Shown: positions 11,721 to 23,804 of the stretch, piece after piece
Position numbering within the stretch: the first letter of the stretch is position 1
Layout of the letters: every line of letters starts with the position of its first letter
The notes under the pieces: generated by a model
Databases searched by the model: none
Told to the model about the DNA's origin: nothing
What the model saw: only the letters and a program-made list of their open reading frames with translations
Assembly: GCA_002633005.1 (NCBI GenBank)
Contig: NMRA01000765.1
Span: forward strand, 1 to 64,000
Length of the DNA: 64,000 nt
Direction of reading: 5' to 3'
Source: Phoronis australis
Lineage: Eukaryota; Animalia; Phoronida
Made by a program: the position numbers and the translations under genes

Positions 11721-13244
11721 GGCTCAGTTAGCCTGAAGAAGGTAGTATGGCATAGGGAATTTAGTAATCAGTGGAATGTATTGAATCATAGAATTGTTTC
11801 TTGTTGTACCTTGGATGTGGAGGAAGGGGGTGCTTTTGGGTTTCTAGCGGACATTTTCCAGAGTACCATTTGTCTGTCATGGGTCATTCGGTGTTTAGAG
11901 TCATGATTGCTTGTTTCAAATCAGTTTTGGCCGGTACTTCGAATATTCCATCTAGCTCATATTTGGCCGCTTTGTAAGGTCCCGATGGGCGACACCCAGT
12001 GTACAGACACTTGCAGATATCCATTTCGGAGGTCAGATGTTGGTACCGTATTCATCTAGGCTTAGCGATCAGGGTTGTTAGTCTAGATCACTGGCTGGTA
12101 ATCCAACTGGTGATGTTGCCTAGCAACCATAAACACAATGGAGGATGACTAATGCTGTGATTGAATGTCTCCATAGTATGTTGGTTGTAAGTTGATTACT
12201 TTCATGAATTTTTGGAACAGTGCAGCATTTGAAAAAATACGCCTGAGGTTAGGGAGTAAAAAGTAGCGGGACATGAACTTACGAAAAAGAAAGCCAAGAA
12301 CCAACTGGTATTTGTGACATTAGAGTGACAGTGAATCGACATGACTGCAGCAACCTTTAGGAACCAGCCAGTAAAACAGTTTTGAGAACCAATGAGAGCT
12401 TTACTTCGATTCATGTAGTCTGAATCACTTCAGTAAAATAGACTTTGCCACATAGACATGGTACTAACGAACCATGAGAAACTCATGCCACTGGGACAGT
12501 AGCCACACTCCTGGTAGATGTTATGAATTTTACAAGCTACAATTAGAGGAACTGCTTGTTTGGGCCAAGTAGTCGAGCCTGTTAACTGGTCAGAGTAAGA
12601 CCCAATTCTGAAGCACTAGTTTTCTATTCCATTTCAAGTTTCTTCTCCTACTATTTGGAATCTGCCATGCACTGGGAATACAGTGGTTTTGGACGAGTTG
12701 GTGAGACTTGTACTCCTAACTATACTCATGTCCTCTAATGACTTCCAATTCATTCACTGTTCACATCTTAATGGTGACAGACCTTAGCTAGAAGCCAATA
12801 TGATGTGGATTTACTGGAATTCCAGATGCATACTTCTACGATGGAATTCACAAAATGGAATCTTAGAGCTGAATTCAGAATTTGAAAATAAATGTTTTCC
12901 ACTGTCCAAGACACCCAGTAAGAGTCTAGTTAAGATACGTGGCACAAATCAGAATAAATACATTTTACTTCAATCTGAAACATAATTTTTGCATTGGGGG
13001 TTTTTGTAATCAAAATTACACATGGGATCCCGGTGACATGCTGTGATGCGACACACCTACAAATACAGTGTGTAAATCTTCATTTAAACTCTGAAATTAA
13101 CATAAATGACATTGGAAACTGCGCCAAACAACGTAATCAGACCTGCAAATTCTATTAACACATTGAATTTTACATTATCTGACATAAACACTGCACTACT
13201 GACAAGAAAACATAATACCCTAGTACTTTCAACAGGAAACATAC

Positions 13245-13559
13245 CATCTACTCTTATTGGTGTAGTCTCTGCAGACTCTGTTGCTCCAGACCTGTGGACC
13301 ACATGGCACTTGAACTTCACTCCATTGTCAGCAGCCTCCAATTTCACTTGAAGAGTGCTAACACCAAAGGTGGTTCCATTTTTACTGATGGTATAGTTGA
13401 TAACACCAGGACCTACTTCAGTATATGAACCTCCTTGATATCTGTACCACATCATTGAGGACCGTGGCTTTCCCAAGTTAGCAGAACAGGTAAGATTAAT
13501 GGAGTTTCCAGCAGCAACCGCTCCATCGACATCAGACACATTTGGTACAGTTGGGGGAA
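13245..13559 (-). CDS. Gene A Ig domain 2 exon (CD80/nephrin-like C2-set)
   Basis: 315 nt, phase 1-1. INLTCSANLGKPRSSMMWYR...STLQVKLEAADNGVKFKCHVVH. Acceptor tctcatcttttgttttag, donor gtatgt. Confidence 0.92.
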
Positions 13560-14298
13560 CTAAAACAAAAGATGAGAAAAATTAGTATTTTTAGTAAAAT
13601 TTCATTTGTAATACTGCGTTGTTTCCATTGGACAAATGGACTAAAATGTAATCCTAAAGCAACAATCATGTAACCATCTATAGTAGACAATGGGCATATT
13701 ACCTGTTTTTGATAGTTGTCGGATCGAAATTGTAACTTTCATTTGTTTTCTCTTAGAGGGCTCGACATCAGTAAGTAAATGTTCAAAAATACAACTGCAA
13801 AAAGTAAAATACGAGCAGAAAATTTATCTCACGCATACGAGCACCAAGCAGACGTTAGGCATTTCTTTTGGGTCATTGCAGTTGTAGGTAACCTCATGTT
13901 CGGCTGTAAGTATGGCAATCACGCCCAGCGTTCTCTACAATCCGTTTCAAAAAGTCATGTGTTGTCTTACAAGTTGCCACTCAAACACTTAAATAAACTG
14001 CGATAGCAACAATGCCCTGGCGAAGCTTAAAATTGAGGAGTGGGCGAAGTCAGAGGGTCGCCCTGGTCTACCATGACTTTTGAAATTAAAGTACAACATT
14101 CTGACAGACTAGGACTTCAAAGAATTTCCCGTCACAGTTAGCTGCTGACATGAAAGTTAAATAGGCACTCTCAGAATGACACATGTATATGGATAGCTAA
14201 GTATTAGAACTGAAATAAAAGTACACGTAGAAAAAATACCTGCCAAAATTCTATTACTGTCCGACCATAGGAATGTCATCAAAGCCAACGAAGATGCA

Positions 14299-15602
14299 AA
14301 CAAAAGCAACGCGGAGCATTGAAATGCGCCCACGAATGCATCGCATATGGTGTGCTTTTAGGGTTGTTTATTTGTGTCATAAAAATGGCCACAACATGGC
14401 GCAAATAAGTATAATCCATCCCAAAACGGGAACATTTCATTGTTTCTTTAATAGAAAACTACACACCAAATTTCGTACAAATCCGTCATAAAACTTCAGA
14501 GGAACAAAGGAAAACAGACTAAAATGAAATTGCCACTGAGGGGCACACTGTTCATTGGATCCGCCTGAATGTCGTTATTGTCTGTTGTTAGCTTCATATC
14601 AATACACTTACTAATTAAATTTAATACAGATCCTGCAGTGGGTTTAGGAGATATGGCTATGGGCGCAAAACAGAACAAAACTACCACTAAGAGGCTCCAC
14701 AGTAGTCAAAGTTGTCATCGTTAACCGTCCTCTTCACACTGAGAACAGTTTCGCTAATTTTCAAAACCATCCTTAGAATGATTTGGTTGATAGATAGACG
14801 CCAAAAAACTCGAAAACAGCAACACTTGCCACTAGGTGGCATAAAATGCCTCGATTTCATCTGAAAACGGGAGGATATCGTTATCTCACCAATAGACGCC
14901 CGCATTCAATATTTTATAAAAATCCGTTGAGGACCATTGAAGATACAGAGGTAAACGTAAAACTAAAGTTGCCACCAGGGGGGCACACCAGTAGTCAGAT
15001 CCATCTGAAAATCCTCGTCATCTGTTGTCAACATCATATAAAAACACTTCTTAAAATTAAAAGATCCTGCAAACAGTTTAGGAGATATAGTCATAGGCGC
15101 AAAAAAAAACAAAACTGCCACTAGGAGGCGCCACAATAATCAAAGTCGTCGGAAAATCATCGTCAACCGTCTTCATATACTTGCCAATTTTCAAAATCAT
15201 GCTTAGAGCGGTTTGGTTGATAGAGGGGTGGACACTAAAAACAGACTCGAAAACAGTAAAAATGGTCACTAGGTGGCGCAAACTATGTCGAACCATCCGA
15301 AAACTGGAGGATACCGTCGTCTCACTATATAAAAAGTTTCGTGAAAATATGTTGAGGACCTTTGAAGACACAGAAGTAAACGTAAAAAATTAAAATTGCC
15401 ACTAGAGGGTGCACCGGTAGTCGGATCCAACCGAAATTTCGCCCACGCCGTCTCATCCAAAAAAGGAACATATGTGGAAAATTTCATGAACATATATGTC
15501 AATCGGTTTTGGAGATAGGGCAACCGACGCCGGATCGACGCTGTCCGAACGGACGGAGATGACGGCATAAAGGGTCCACATATCAATATGTGGGCGCATA
15601 AC
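14299..15602 (-). mobile_element. Full-length DINE-1/HINE-like non-autonomous Helentron
   Basis: One end is aacaa..gcaacgcggagcattgaaatgcgcccac (stem-loop plus subTIR). The other end has a (ggac)n microsatellite and the ccacatat..atatgtgggcgcata palindrome/subTIR. Internal ~430-450-bp repeats. Confidence 0.75.
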
Positions 15603-16589
15603 AATATAAATCTAAACACAAAGTCCCTCCACTATTGAAACATTTGCAAGATAATGATGCAGTGCAAATTTCACAAGATAAAAATCTTGTGCTCGATGTT
15701 GGCTACGCATTCAGTAACTAATTTTGCACAAACACCGACGAAATACTTTGACTTGGTGCAAGATTCCATTATTGGGTGATTCCAGTTAGCTACTCTGCCA
15801 CTAATTATGTGCCCTAGATATGGAAAAAAGGTCAGCGAAAACCTGCCACCTATAGAGAACTTGTTAATTTGGCTTCATATGAGACAGATTCGCCTCTTAA
15901 AACAGTGAGAAAAGAATGGTTCTTTTGAAGAATAAATTTGTTGTGTAGTAGTGAAGAGCTGTGGTGGATTTCAGACCTGGTAAGTGTCAATCTCACAACT
16001 CAACCCTCATAAAATACGCTACAGAAGATGCTAACGCTACAAAATCCACGGCGACTGCGTAGCACTGCAATGAATTTTGAAACTGTCGAATATACAAAAA
16101 AGTAGAAAATTGGCCTCACTCCAAGGGACACCAGCAGTTTTTTGGTTACCACACTCAACCAACCAAAACCCGGATAAACGAGTGGTGAATTTGCCGTCAC
16201 TCATATTCGCGAGAGAACATATTCGGCTGCGTAGTTTTGATTCTGCTCTATTCCTACAACATTGGTCATGGCTTCTTCACGGATTTGTTACTGAGTAAAA
16301 ACCTTACAAGAGTTGAAACCCACAGTAACAAATCAACAAAAGCCTGATAAGGGTTTTCTCGGATTCCCCAGTCAAGGCCAAAGTACTACAGGTACAGTAA
16401 GTGAAACAAAAATGTAATGTGATTATCTTATGCAGATAACAAATGTTCTAACATTACGACAAATATAAAATGCATTGCAAGTCAGCAATGCTCTCCTCAA
16501 TAAGAACACACTTGCCAAGCCAGTGAAAAAATGAAACTGGCACTGGGGGCTAAGTAGTCAGATATGTTCAAATGTTGCCATCTCTTGAC

Positions 16590-19500
16590 ACGTTCGTAGA
16601 AATATTTTGCCAAATTTCATAAAGAACCAACAGGTAGAAAGAGCAGTGATTGTGGAAAATGCAAACTGCCACTAGGGGGTGCCACAGTAGTCAAACTGCT
16701 AAAAAATCAGCAATGGTCTTCCCACAAGGAATACATGTCCAAAATTTCGCAATGATTCTCAGGGTGCTTTGGCCGATAGAAAGATGGACGCAATGAACAG
16801 ACTAACACATAATAAACAAGAGCAATGCGGAGATGCGGAGCGTTGAAATGTGCCCACGAATGTTCCGCAAATGGTGTGCTTCAAGAGTTGTTCATTTTTT
16901 GTATCATAAAAATGGCCACTAGATGGCACAAAATGTCCAATCCATCTGAAAACGGAACATACCATCGCTTCTTTAAAAGCTATTGATGAAATTTCATAAC
17001 AAGAGCAACGCAGAGCATTGAAATGCGCCCACAATTGCACCGTATACGGTATCCTTCTAGGGTTGTTTATTGGTACCATAAAGTGGCCAGTAGAGGGCAT
17101 ATATGTAGTATGTTGTACTTTGCAAAATGGAAAGGCATGGTCATTGTCTTCTCAATAGGCTAGGTCATCGTCTGTTGTTAACACCATATAATTACACTTA
17201 TTAAATTTCGTAAAGATCCTGCGAACGGTTTAGGAGATACAGCCATAGGCGCAAAAAAAAAACTGCCACTAGGAGGCGCCACAGTAATCCAAATTGTCTG
17301 ACAATCATTGTCAGCTGTCTTCTTTATAGTAAGCACATACATGCCAATTTTCACAACCATCCTTTGAGCGGTTTGGTTGATAGAGGGGTGGACGCAAAAA
17401 TACAGACTCGAAAACAGTAAAAATGGCCACTAGGTGGCGCAAACTATGTCGAATCCATCTGAAAACGGGAGGATAGCGTCATCTCACTAATAGGTGCCTA
17501 CATACCAAATTTCNNNNNNNNNNNNNNNNNNNNNNNNNNNNNNNNNNNNNNNNNNNNNNNNNNNNNNNNNNNNNNNNNNNNNNNNNNNNNNNNNNNNNNN
17601 NNNNNNNNNNNNNNNNNNNNNNNNNNNNNNNNNNNNNNNNNNNNNNNNNNNNNNNNNNNNNNNNNNNNNNNNNNNAAAACTGCCACTAGGAGGCGCCACA
17701 GTAGTCGAAATCGTCGGAAAATCATCGTCAACCGTCCTCAACATAGTAAGCATACACATGCCAATTTTCACAATCATCCTTTGAGCGGTTTGGTTGATAG
17801 AGGGGTTGACGCACAAAAACACACTCGAAAACACTAAAAATGGCCACTAGGTGGCGCAAACTATGTCGAATCCATCTGAAAACCGGAGGATAGCGTCATC
17901 TCACTAATAAGTGCCTACATACCAAATTTCATGAGAATCCGTTCAGGACTTTTGAAGATACAAAGGTAAGCGTAAAAAACTAAAATTGCCACTAGGGGGC
18001 ACACCGGTAGTCGGATCCGTCCGAAAGTTTGCACATGCCGTCCCATTCATGAATGGAACATATGTGCCAAATTTCATGAACATATGTCAAAGGGTTTTGG
18101 AGATAGAGCAGCGGACGCCGACGCCAGACGGACGCCGCCCGTACGGACGGACGGACGGAGATGACGGCATAATGCGACCACATATAAATATGTGGGCGCA
18201 TAAAAATCTGTCAAGGAACTTCATAGAAACAAAAGAAAGCGAAAAAATTAAATTGCCCCTAGGAGGCACAGCGTCTGCCTCAAAGTCCTCTATTGTTATC
18301 TTCATATAAATACAATTACTAAATTTAATAAAGATCCTGCAGTGGGTTTAGGAGATATAGCTATGGCCCCAAAACAAAACTAAACCACCACTAGGAAGCG
18401 ACACAGTAATCGAAGTTGTCAGCATAACCGCCCTCTTCACAGTGAGAACATATACGTCAATTTTCAAAATCATCCTTAGAATGGTTTGGTTGATAGACAG
18501 GTGGTTGCCAAAAAAGCAGACTCAAAAACAGTAAAAATGGAAGCTACGTGACGCAAATTACGTTGAATCTATCAGAAAATAAGGAGGATAGCATCCCTTC
18601 AACAATACATGTCTGGTATATTCCAAATTTTATTAAACTCCGTTGAGGACCTTTGCATATACAGAGGTAAATGTAAAAAATTAAAACTGCCACTAGGGAG
18701 GACACTGGTGCTCAGATCTGCGCGAAAATCGTCATTGTCCGTTGTCAGAATCATATATACTTGCTAAATTTAGTAAAAATCTGGCAATAATTAGGAGATA
18801 TAGCCATGGACGCAAAAAGAAACAAAACTGCTACTAGGAGGTGCCACAGTAGTCAAAGTCATCGAAAAATCGTCAGCTATCCTCTTCATAGTAAAAACAT
18901 ACATGTTAATTTTCACAATCATCCTTATATCGCTTTGGTTGATAGAGGGGTGGACGCCAAAAAACAGACTCAATAACAGCAAAAATGGACACTATGTTGA
19001 ATCCATTCGAAAATGAGAGGATAGCGTCACCTTACTAATAGATGCCTGCATGCCAAATTTAATGAAAATACGTTGAGGACCTTTGAAGGTAAGCGTAAAG
19101 ACTAAAATTGCCACTAAGGGGCACACCGGTAGTCTAATGACAGTTATTGGCTTGTTTCTGCTGTGTAGACATAATAAAATGATGGAGTTATTTTCCATTA
19201 TTTCCAGCAAATTAAACAGCCTTAACTCCAAAATTATACAAGGGCAACGCGGAGCACCCCAAACAGGGTGCTTCAAGGGTTCTTCATTTGTATCAAAAAA
19301 TGACCACTAGCTGGTGATAAACATCAAATCCATCAAAAACATGATCATGTCATCGCTTTAGAAAGCTATTTACCAAATTTCATAAAAATATGTCAAGGAA
19401 CTTCAGAGAAACAAAAGAAAATGAAAAAAATGAAATTGCCACAAGGGGTCACAGCGTTAGTTGGATTCTTGTAAAAGTTGTCATCGTCTGTTGTTAGCTT

Positions 19501-20940
19501 CATATGCATACACTTATTAAATTTAATAAAGATTCTTCCATGGGTTTAAGAGATAGAGCTATGGGTGCAAAACAAAACAAAGCTAGGAGGCGCCACAGTA
19601 CTCAAAGTTGTCACCCGTCCTCTTCACACTGAGAACATATACGCCAGTTACCAAAATCCTCCTTAGAATGGTTTGGTTGATAGACGGTGAACTCAAAGAC
19701 AGCAAATATGGCTACTAGGCGGCGAAAAATAACTCAATTCCATCCGAAAACAGAAGAATAGCGCCACCTGATTAATAGATGCCTATATTCTAAAATTTAT
19801 GAAAATCTGCCACTACGATGAGGGGGGCACCAATAGTCACATCCATCCAAGTCGTGCTTGTCCGTTCTCAACATCATATCAATACGCTTGATAAATTTAG
19901 TAAAGATGCTGTAAACGGTTTAAGAGATACAGCCATGAGGGCAAAAAAAATAACTGCCACTAGGAGCCTTCAAAGTAGTCGTAGATGTCGGAAAATCATC
20001 ATGAGTCATCCTCTTCGTAGTAAGAATATACATGCCAATTTTCCACAATCATCCTTAGAGCGGTTTGGTTGATAGAGGGGTGGGTGAAAACAATAAAAAC
20101 GGCCATTAGGTGGTGCCAAGTACATAAAATCCACCCGAAAAGGGGAGGATAGCGTCACCTAACTAACAGACGTCTACATGCCAAATTTTATGACAGTCCG
20201 TTGAAGACCTTTAACAATACAGAGTTAAACATAAAAAAACTAAAATTGCCACTAGGAGGCACACCGGTAGCAGGCCTTTATGCATTGTATGTCCTGGCAC
20301 TAATATAGATGCCCTGGCAAAGACACCCAATGTATCATTTGGAGGCCCAATGTATCATTTGGAGGCCCAATGTATCATTCAGACGCCCACGCCCAATGTA
20401 TCATTTGGACCCCAATGTATCATTTGGACACCCAATGTATCATTTGGACGCCCACTATCAACAGGAACCTTTCACATTTGGACACACACATTGTAATGAT
20501 TACTAGGAAGCCTATGAAGACAGCAGCAGCTCTTTTTTCAAAGCAGGAAGAAATATACAATGTATACAATGTATATACAATGTTGCTATGCTCACACTTG
20601 GTTGATAGCATTGTAAAGTCCTGGTGTACACAGTTTTTTTCAGTAAAAATGCTCACTAAAGAAGGCTGTTTTGTAAACGTAGATGTAAAAACCTTGGTCT
20701 ATGCATTTTTGTAAAAAAATCTGTGCGTTTGGGGGGATTGCTGGGGTGGGGGCTTACGCGTCAGAATCATGGACGCCCTGGACTATTGGGAACCTGATTT
20801 TGGACACCCTATTTTCGAAATCATGGATAAAGGCCTGACCGGTAGTCCGATCCCTCCGAAAGTCGTGGTATTCCGTTGCGAACATCATATAAACACACTT
20901 GCTATATTTAATAAAGATCCTGCAATCGGCTTAGGAGATA
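16590..20940 (-). mobile_element. Cluster of nested or tandem copies of the same DINE/HINE-like family (includes an N gap)
   Basis: Element ends at ~16815, 16999 and 18200. Repeated ccactaggaggcgccacagtagtcgaa units. Confidence 0.75.
20271..20837. mobile_element. hAT-type MITE with 8-bp TSD and an internal ~19-20-bp minisatellite
   Basis: TSD accggtag at 20263-20270 and 20838-20845. TIR caggcctttatgcat / atggataaaggcctg. About six cccaatgtatcatttgga copies at ~20326-20452. Confidence 0.8.
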
Positions 20941-21880
20941 CGGTAAAGTCGCGCGATTTTCGGACGGCCCGCCATTTTTCGACAAGAATACATATTTCCG
21001 AAATGAGTTTTCGTAGTCCACAAAATTCGTACAAGGTCCAAAAACTGTTTTTCAATGATCCTCGAATTTCGGACAATGTCATCAGTACAGGATTTCTGTC
21101 CCGCGACTTTCGAACAAGGAAAATTTTAGAAACGCTAACTTCGGATTGACGCAACTCTCGTGTTACTAAAGCGTTCAATGGATAATTACTACTCTTAGAC
21201 GATAAGGCTTGAATCCGAATAGCGGTAGAACGGGCTCCGCAGTTTTTACCTTGTCCTGACAATGTCACAACCGTAACTTGATTGTCTTGCGTTTAGCTTG
21301 TGTTTGGCGCTTTATCTATGAAAAGAATTACCGAGTCTTGCATGAAGAAAAATTCTGATGAAAATACAAATGGGAAATACATTGAAGGCTACAACTTTTC
21401 GTTGTAGCGCGACAATATGTGCTCTGAACTTGCACACCTGACATCAACTTGCATGTTTACGAAACTTCTTATTTTTAAAATGTCCTGGGCTTTGCAAATG
21501 CCCTTACCAGTGGCTAAAATCTCCCGATGATGTGTTCGGATTTTATCCTTGATGCGATGAGAAGTACTTTTTGTTTAGGCCCCCATACACAATACAGCCA
21601 CGTCTGTCTGTTGGATAACGCGCATCCAAAGTAGTGTAGATAGTAACACCAGCAGCCAAATGAGACGGAGCAGAAGTAAAGCCGGTTACAAAGCAAACAT
21701 AATTAAAGGAGAATGCCACCCGATTTAATTAGTTTTTCCGTCTTAATCGGTCTATATCCACATCGCCTCGCACACGGTCGATCTTAAATTGCCGAGAGGT
21801 GTCGCGGTAACCTGTGAGGAAGGTGAGCAACGATGCAGCGACGTCAGTGGCTCATTTGCAGAGTGAATGCCGCTATGTTG

Positions 21881-22060
21881 TGGTGCATCGTTCCAGCTTA
21901 TCTGAACTATGTAGCTGTGAGGAAAGCGGGTATATTAATTTTTCGACTTCCTCGAGAGCTTGAAATGCTTAGGAAGTGGATTGCGGTAGTAAAGAATGAA
22001 AAGTACGCTGTAAATAGCAAGTATGAGGCCGTGAAACATCTCCGTGTCTGTGGCCTGCAG
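21881..22060 (+). pseudogene. Degenerate THAP zinc-finger remnant of a transposase
   Basis: WCIVPAYLN...IFRLPRELEMLRKWIAVVK...HLRVCGLQ follows the THAP pattern CxVPxCxN..FxFP..RxxW..RVCSxHF but has lost a Cys and the His. Confidence 0.6.
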
Positions 22061-23311
22061 TCATCGACAGTGCTTGTGACGAATGCCGGCTTACCAAATA
22101 ACTATTCATACGTTCCATTGTCTGAGCTTGTTCACGGCACCTCTCTAGTATTTCACTGTATTCCGGTTCGAACTGATAGCCTGTGAAACTTAACGATCCA
22201 CCTGTGAAGTCTCCGTCGGGATGAGCTCTTGGGATTACGAGTTCACCATGTTGACGTATATCATTAAGCGTTATGTTTCAAAATGAATTATTCTCAATCT
22301 AGCCAATACTTATATAAAACAGTAACAAAGTCTATCTCATTAGATGCAATTTGTAATGCCTTTGGAGTTCTCATGAGTGCAAATGATTTGAGACGCCCGA
22401 AATCAATAAATCACTGCGTTACCGGTTTTAGGTGCAATAAAACTAATTGACAGGACACCGAGGCCGTGTGAGCTCATGCTAGTTAAATGTTTGCTGACAG
22501 AAAGTATTATGAAACAACTCGATTTCTATCCCACAGTCAGGTGTTATCGGAATTTTATTTACATTTACATTATTCAAATAATGATTGTCAACATACAACT
22601 TCTGCCCTGACGGTTCAGTGGCCAAAGCGGAACCTGAATTCGCGGCCCCCGACGATTAAGTAGATTTGCAGTTTTGTGGCTACTTCACCAACGTGCACAT
22701 TACTTCTTTGGCTCACTAGTATAGTATTTTCTTGTCTGGAAGTTTAGTTTCCAACTTTGGCTGGTTTATGTTAGTGATGTCTTCAGTCCGGGCGCGACGG
22801 GCCTGATCCGTTTCCAAGCCACTGGCCGGGATAACGAGTCAGTCCGGCTGCGACGGGCCTGATCCGGCTCCGAGCCACTGGCCAGGATAACAAGCGTTTT
22901 TTGGGTTTAGAACTAAAAAATTCACAAGTCTAAACAACACAGATCTAGTTCTCCTGTTTGTATCTCACGGAAAAACACTTCGAATTTATCTCCGAACAGA
23001 CCCCAAACTCATGCTACGGACCTTACGGTGTGTCCAAATACCAATAAATCCGTAACAGCGAAATAAAACAACACGTTTTAATAAGAACTTGGTGTATTTT
23101 TAAGGGTTTTACATTGAAGATCGATGATTTATTGGTGTTAAACGATGACTTCAAGCGATAAGCTGACACCAGTCAGCCGTGTTGTGAACTGCTGAACAGA
23201 CTGCGTGTGAAACCAATTACATCATTGGATAATTTCCACACCATCTGCCATCAGGTGTCAGATAACGCAACCGTAGGTGCCGTTATCGAGTAGAATTACT
23301 TGATCTAAATT

Positions 23312-23804
23312 CAGGGCTTGGAATGACCAATGACAAAAAACGCGGAAACTTTTACGGCCCAAATCATGCGCGCTATGCAGCCTTGAAATGGTCGATGTGA
23401 ACCTTTCCTCCACAAAAATCGGGAGGACTAAAAAAGAAAAAGTTACCACCATCAGTAGCATGCGTCCTTTTAGCTCGTCGGTCCACTCCCAACCCACACA
23501 TTTTTGGCTGCAGAGCCGTAGTATTTGTCGCCGCAGTTTACAATAACACAAGACGCCATTGAAAATCCCACCACGTTATCCCAGATGCCCCGGCAATGTT
23601 GACAATTTACGTTCCTCCGAAACATAAAGAGCAACTTCCGCTTTTCGAAGGGAACGACGTCTGCAATGCCGCGGTAAGAAAGGAATTTGCCGCGGAAATT
23701 TTAGATCAAATCCGATTTTTTTACGCGGAAATATAACAAAATGGGCGGACAGAACATTTGAAAAAAGCGGAAATCCGTGTTTCCGCGGAAAATTCCAAGC
23801 CCTG
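23312..23804. mobile_element. MITE with CAGGGCTTGGAA TIRs and 6-bp TSD (TAAATT), copy 1
   Basis: taaatt|cagggcttggaa ... ttccaagccctg|taaatt. A similar copy lies at 58798-59313. Confidence 0.85.

Noticed and set aside
11760-12760. Coding-looking stretch with a CLCGKV motif on the minus strand
   Set aside because: Multiple stops and no recognisable domain. Possibly an old retroelement relic but cannot be supported.
14273-20072. Numerous 60-116-aa ORFs (e.g. ...TTVAPPSGSF...) recurring at 14-20 kb, 27 kb, 39-41 kb and 53 kb
   Set aside because: They are translations of the HINE central repeat on both strands, with inconsistent frames between copies. Not a protein family.
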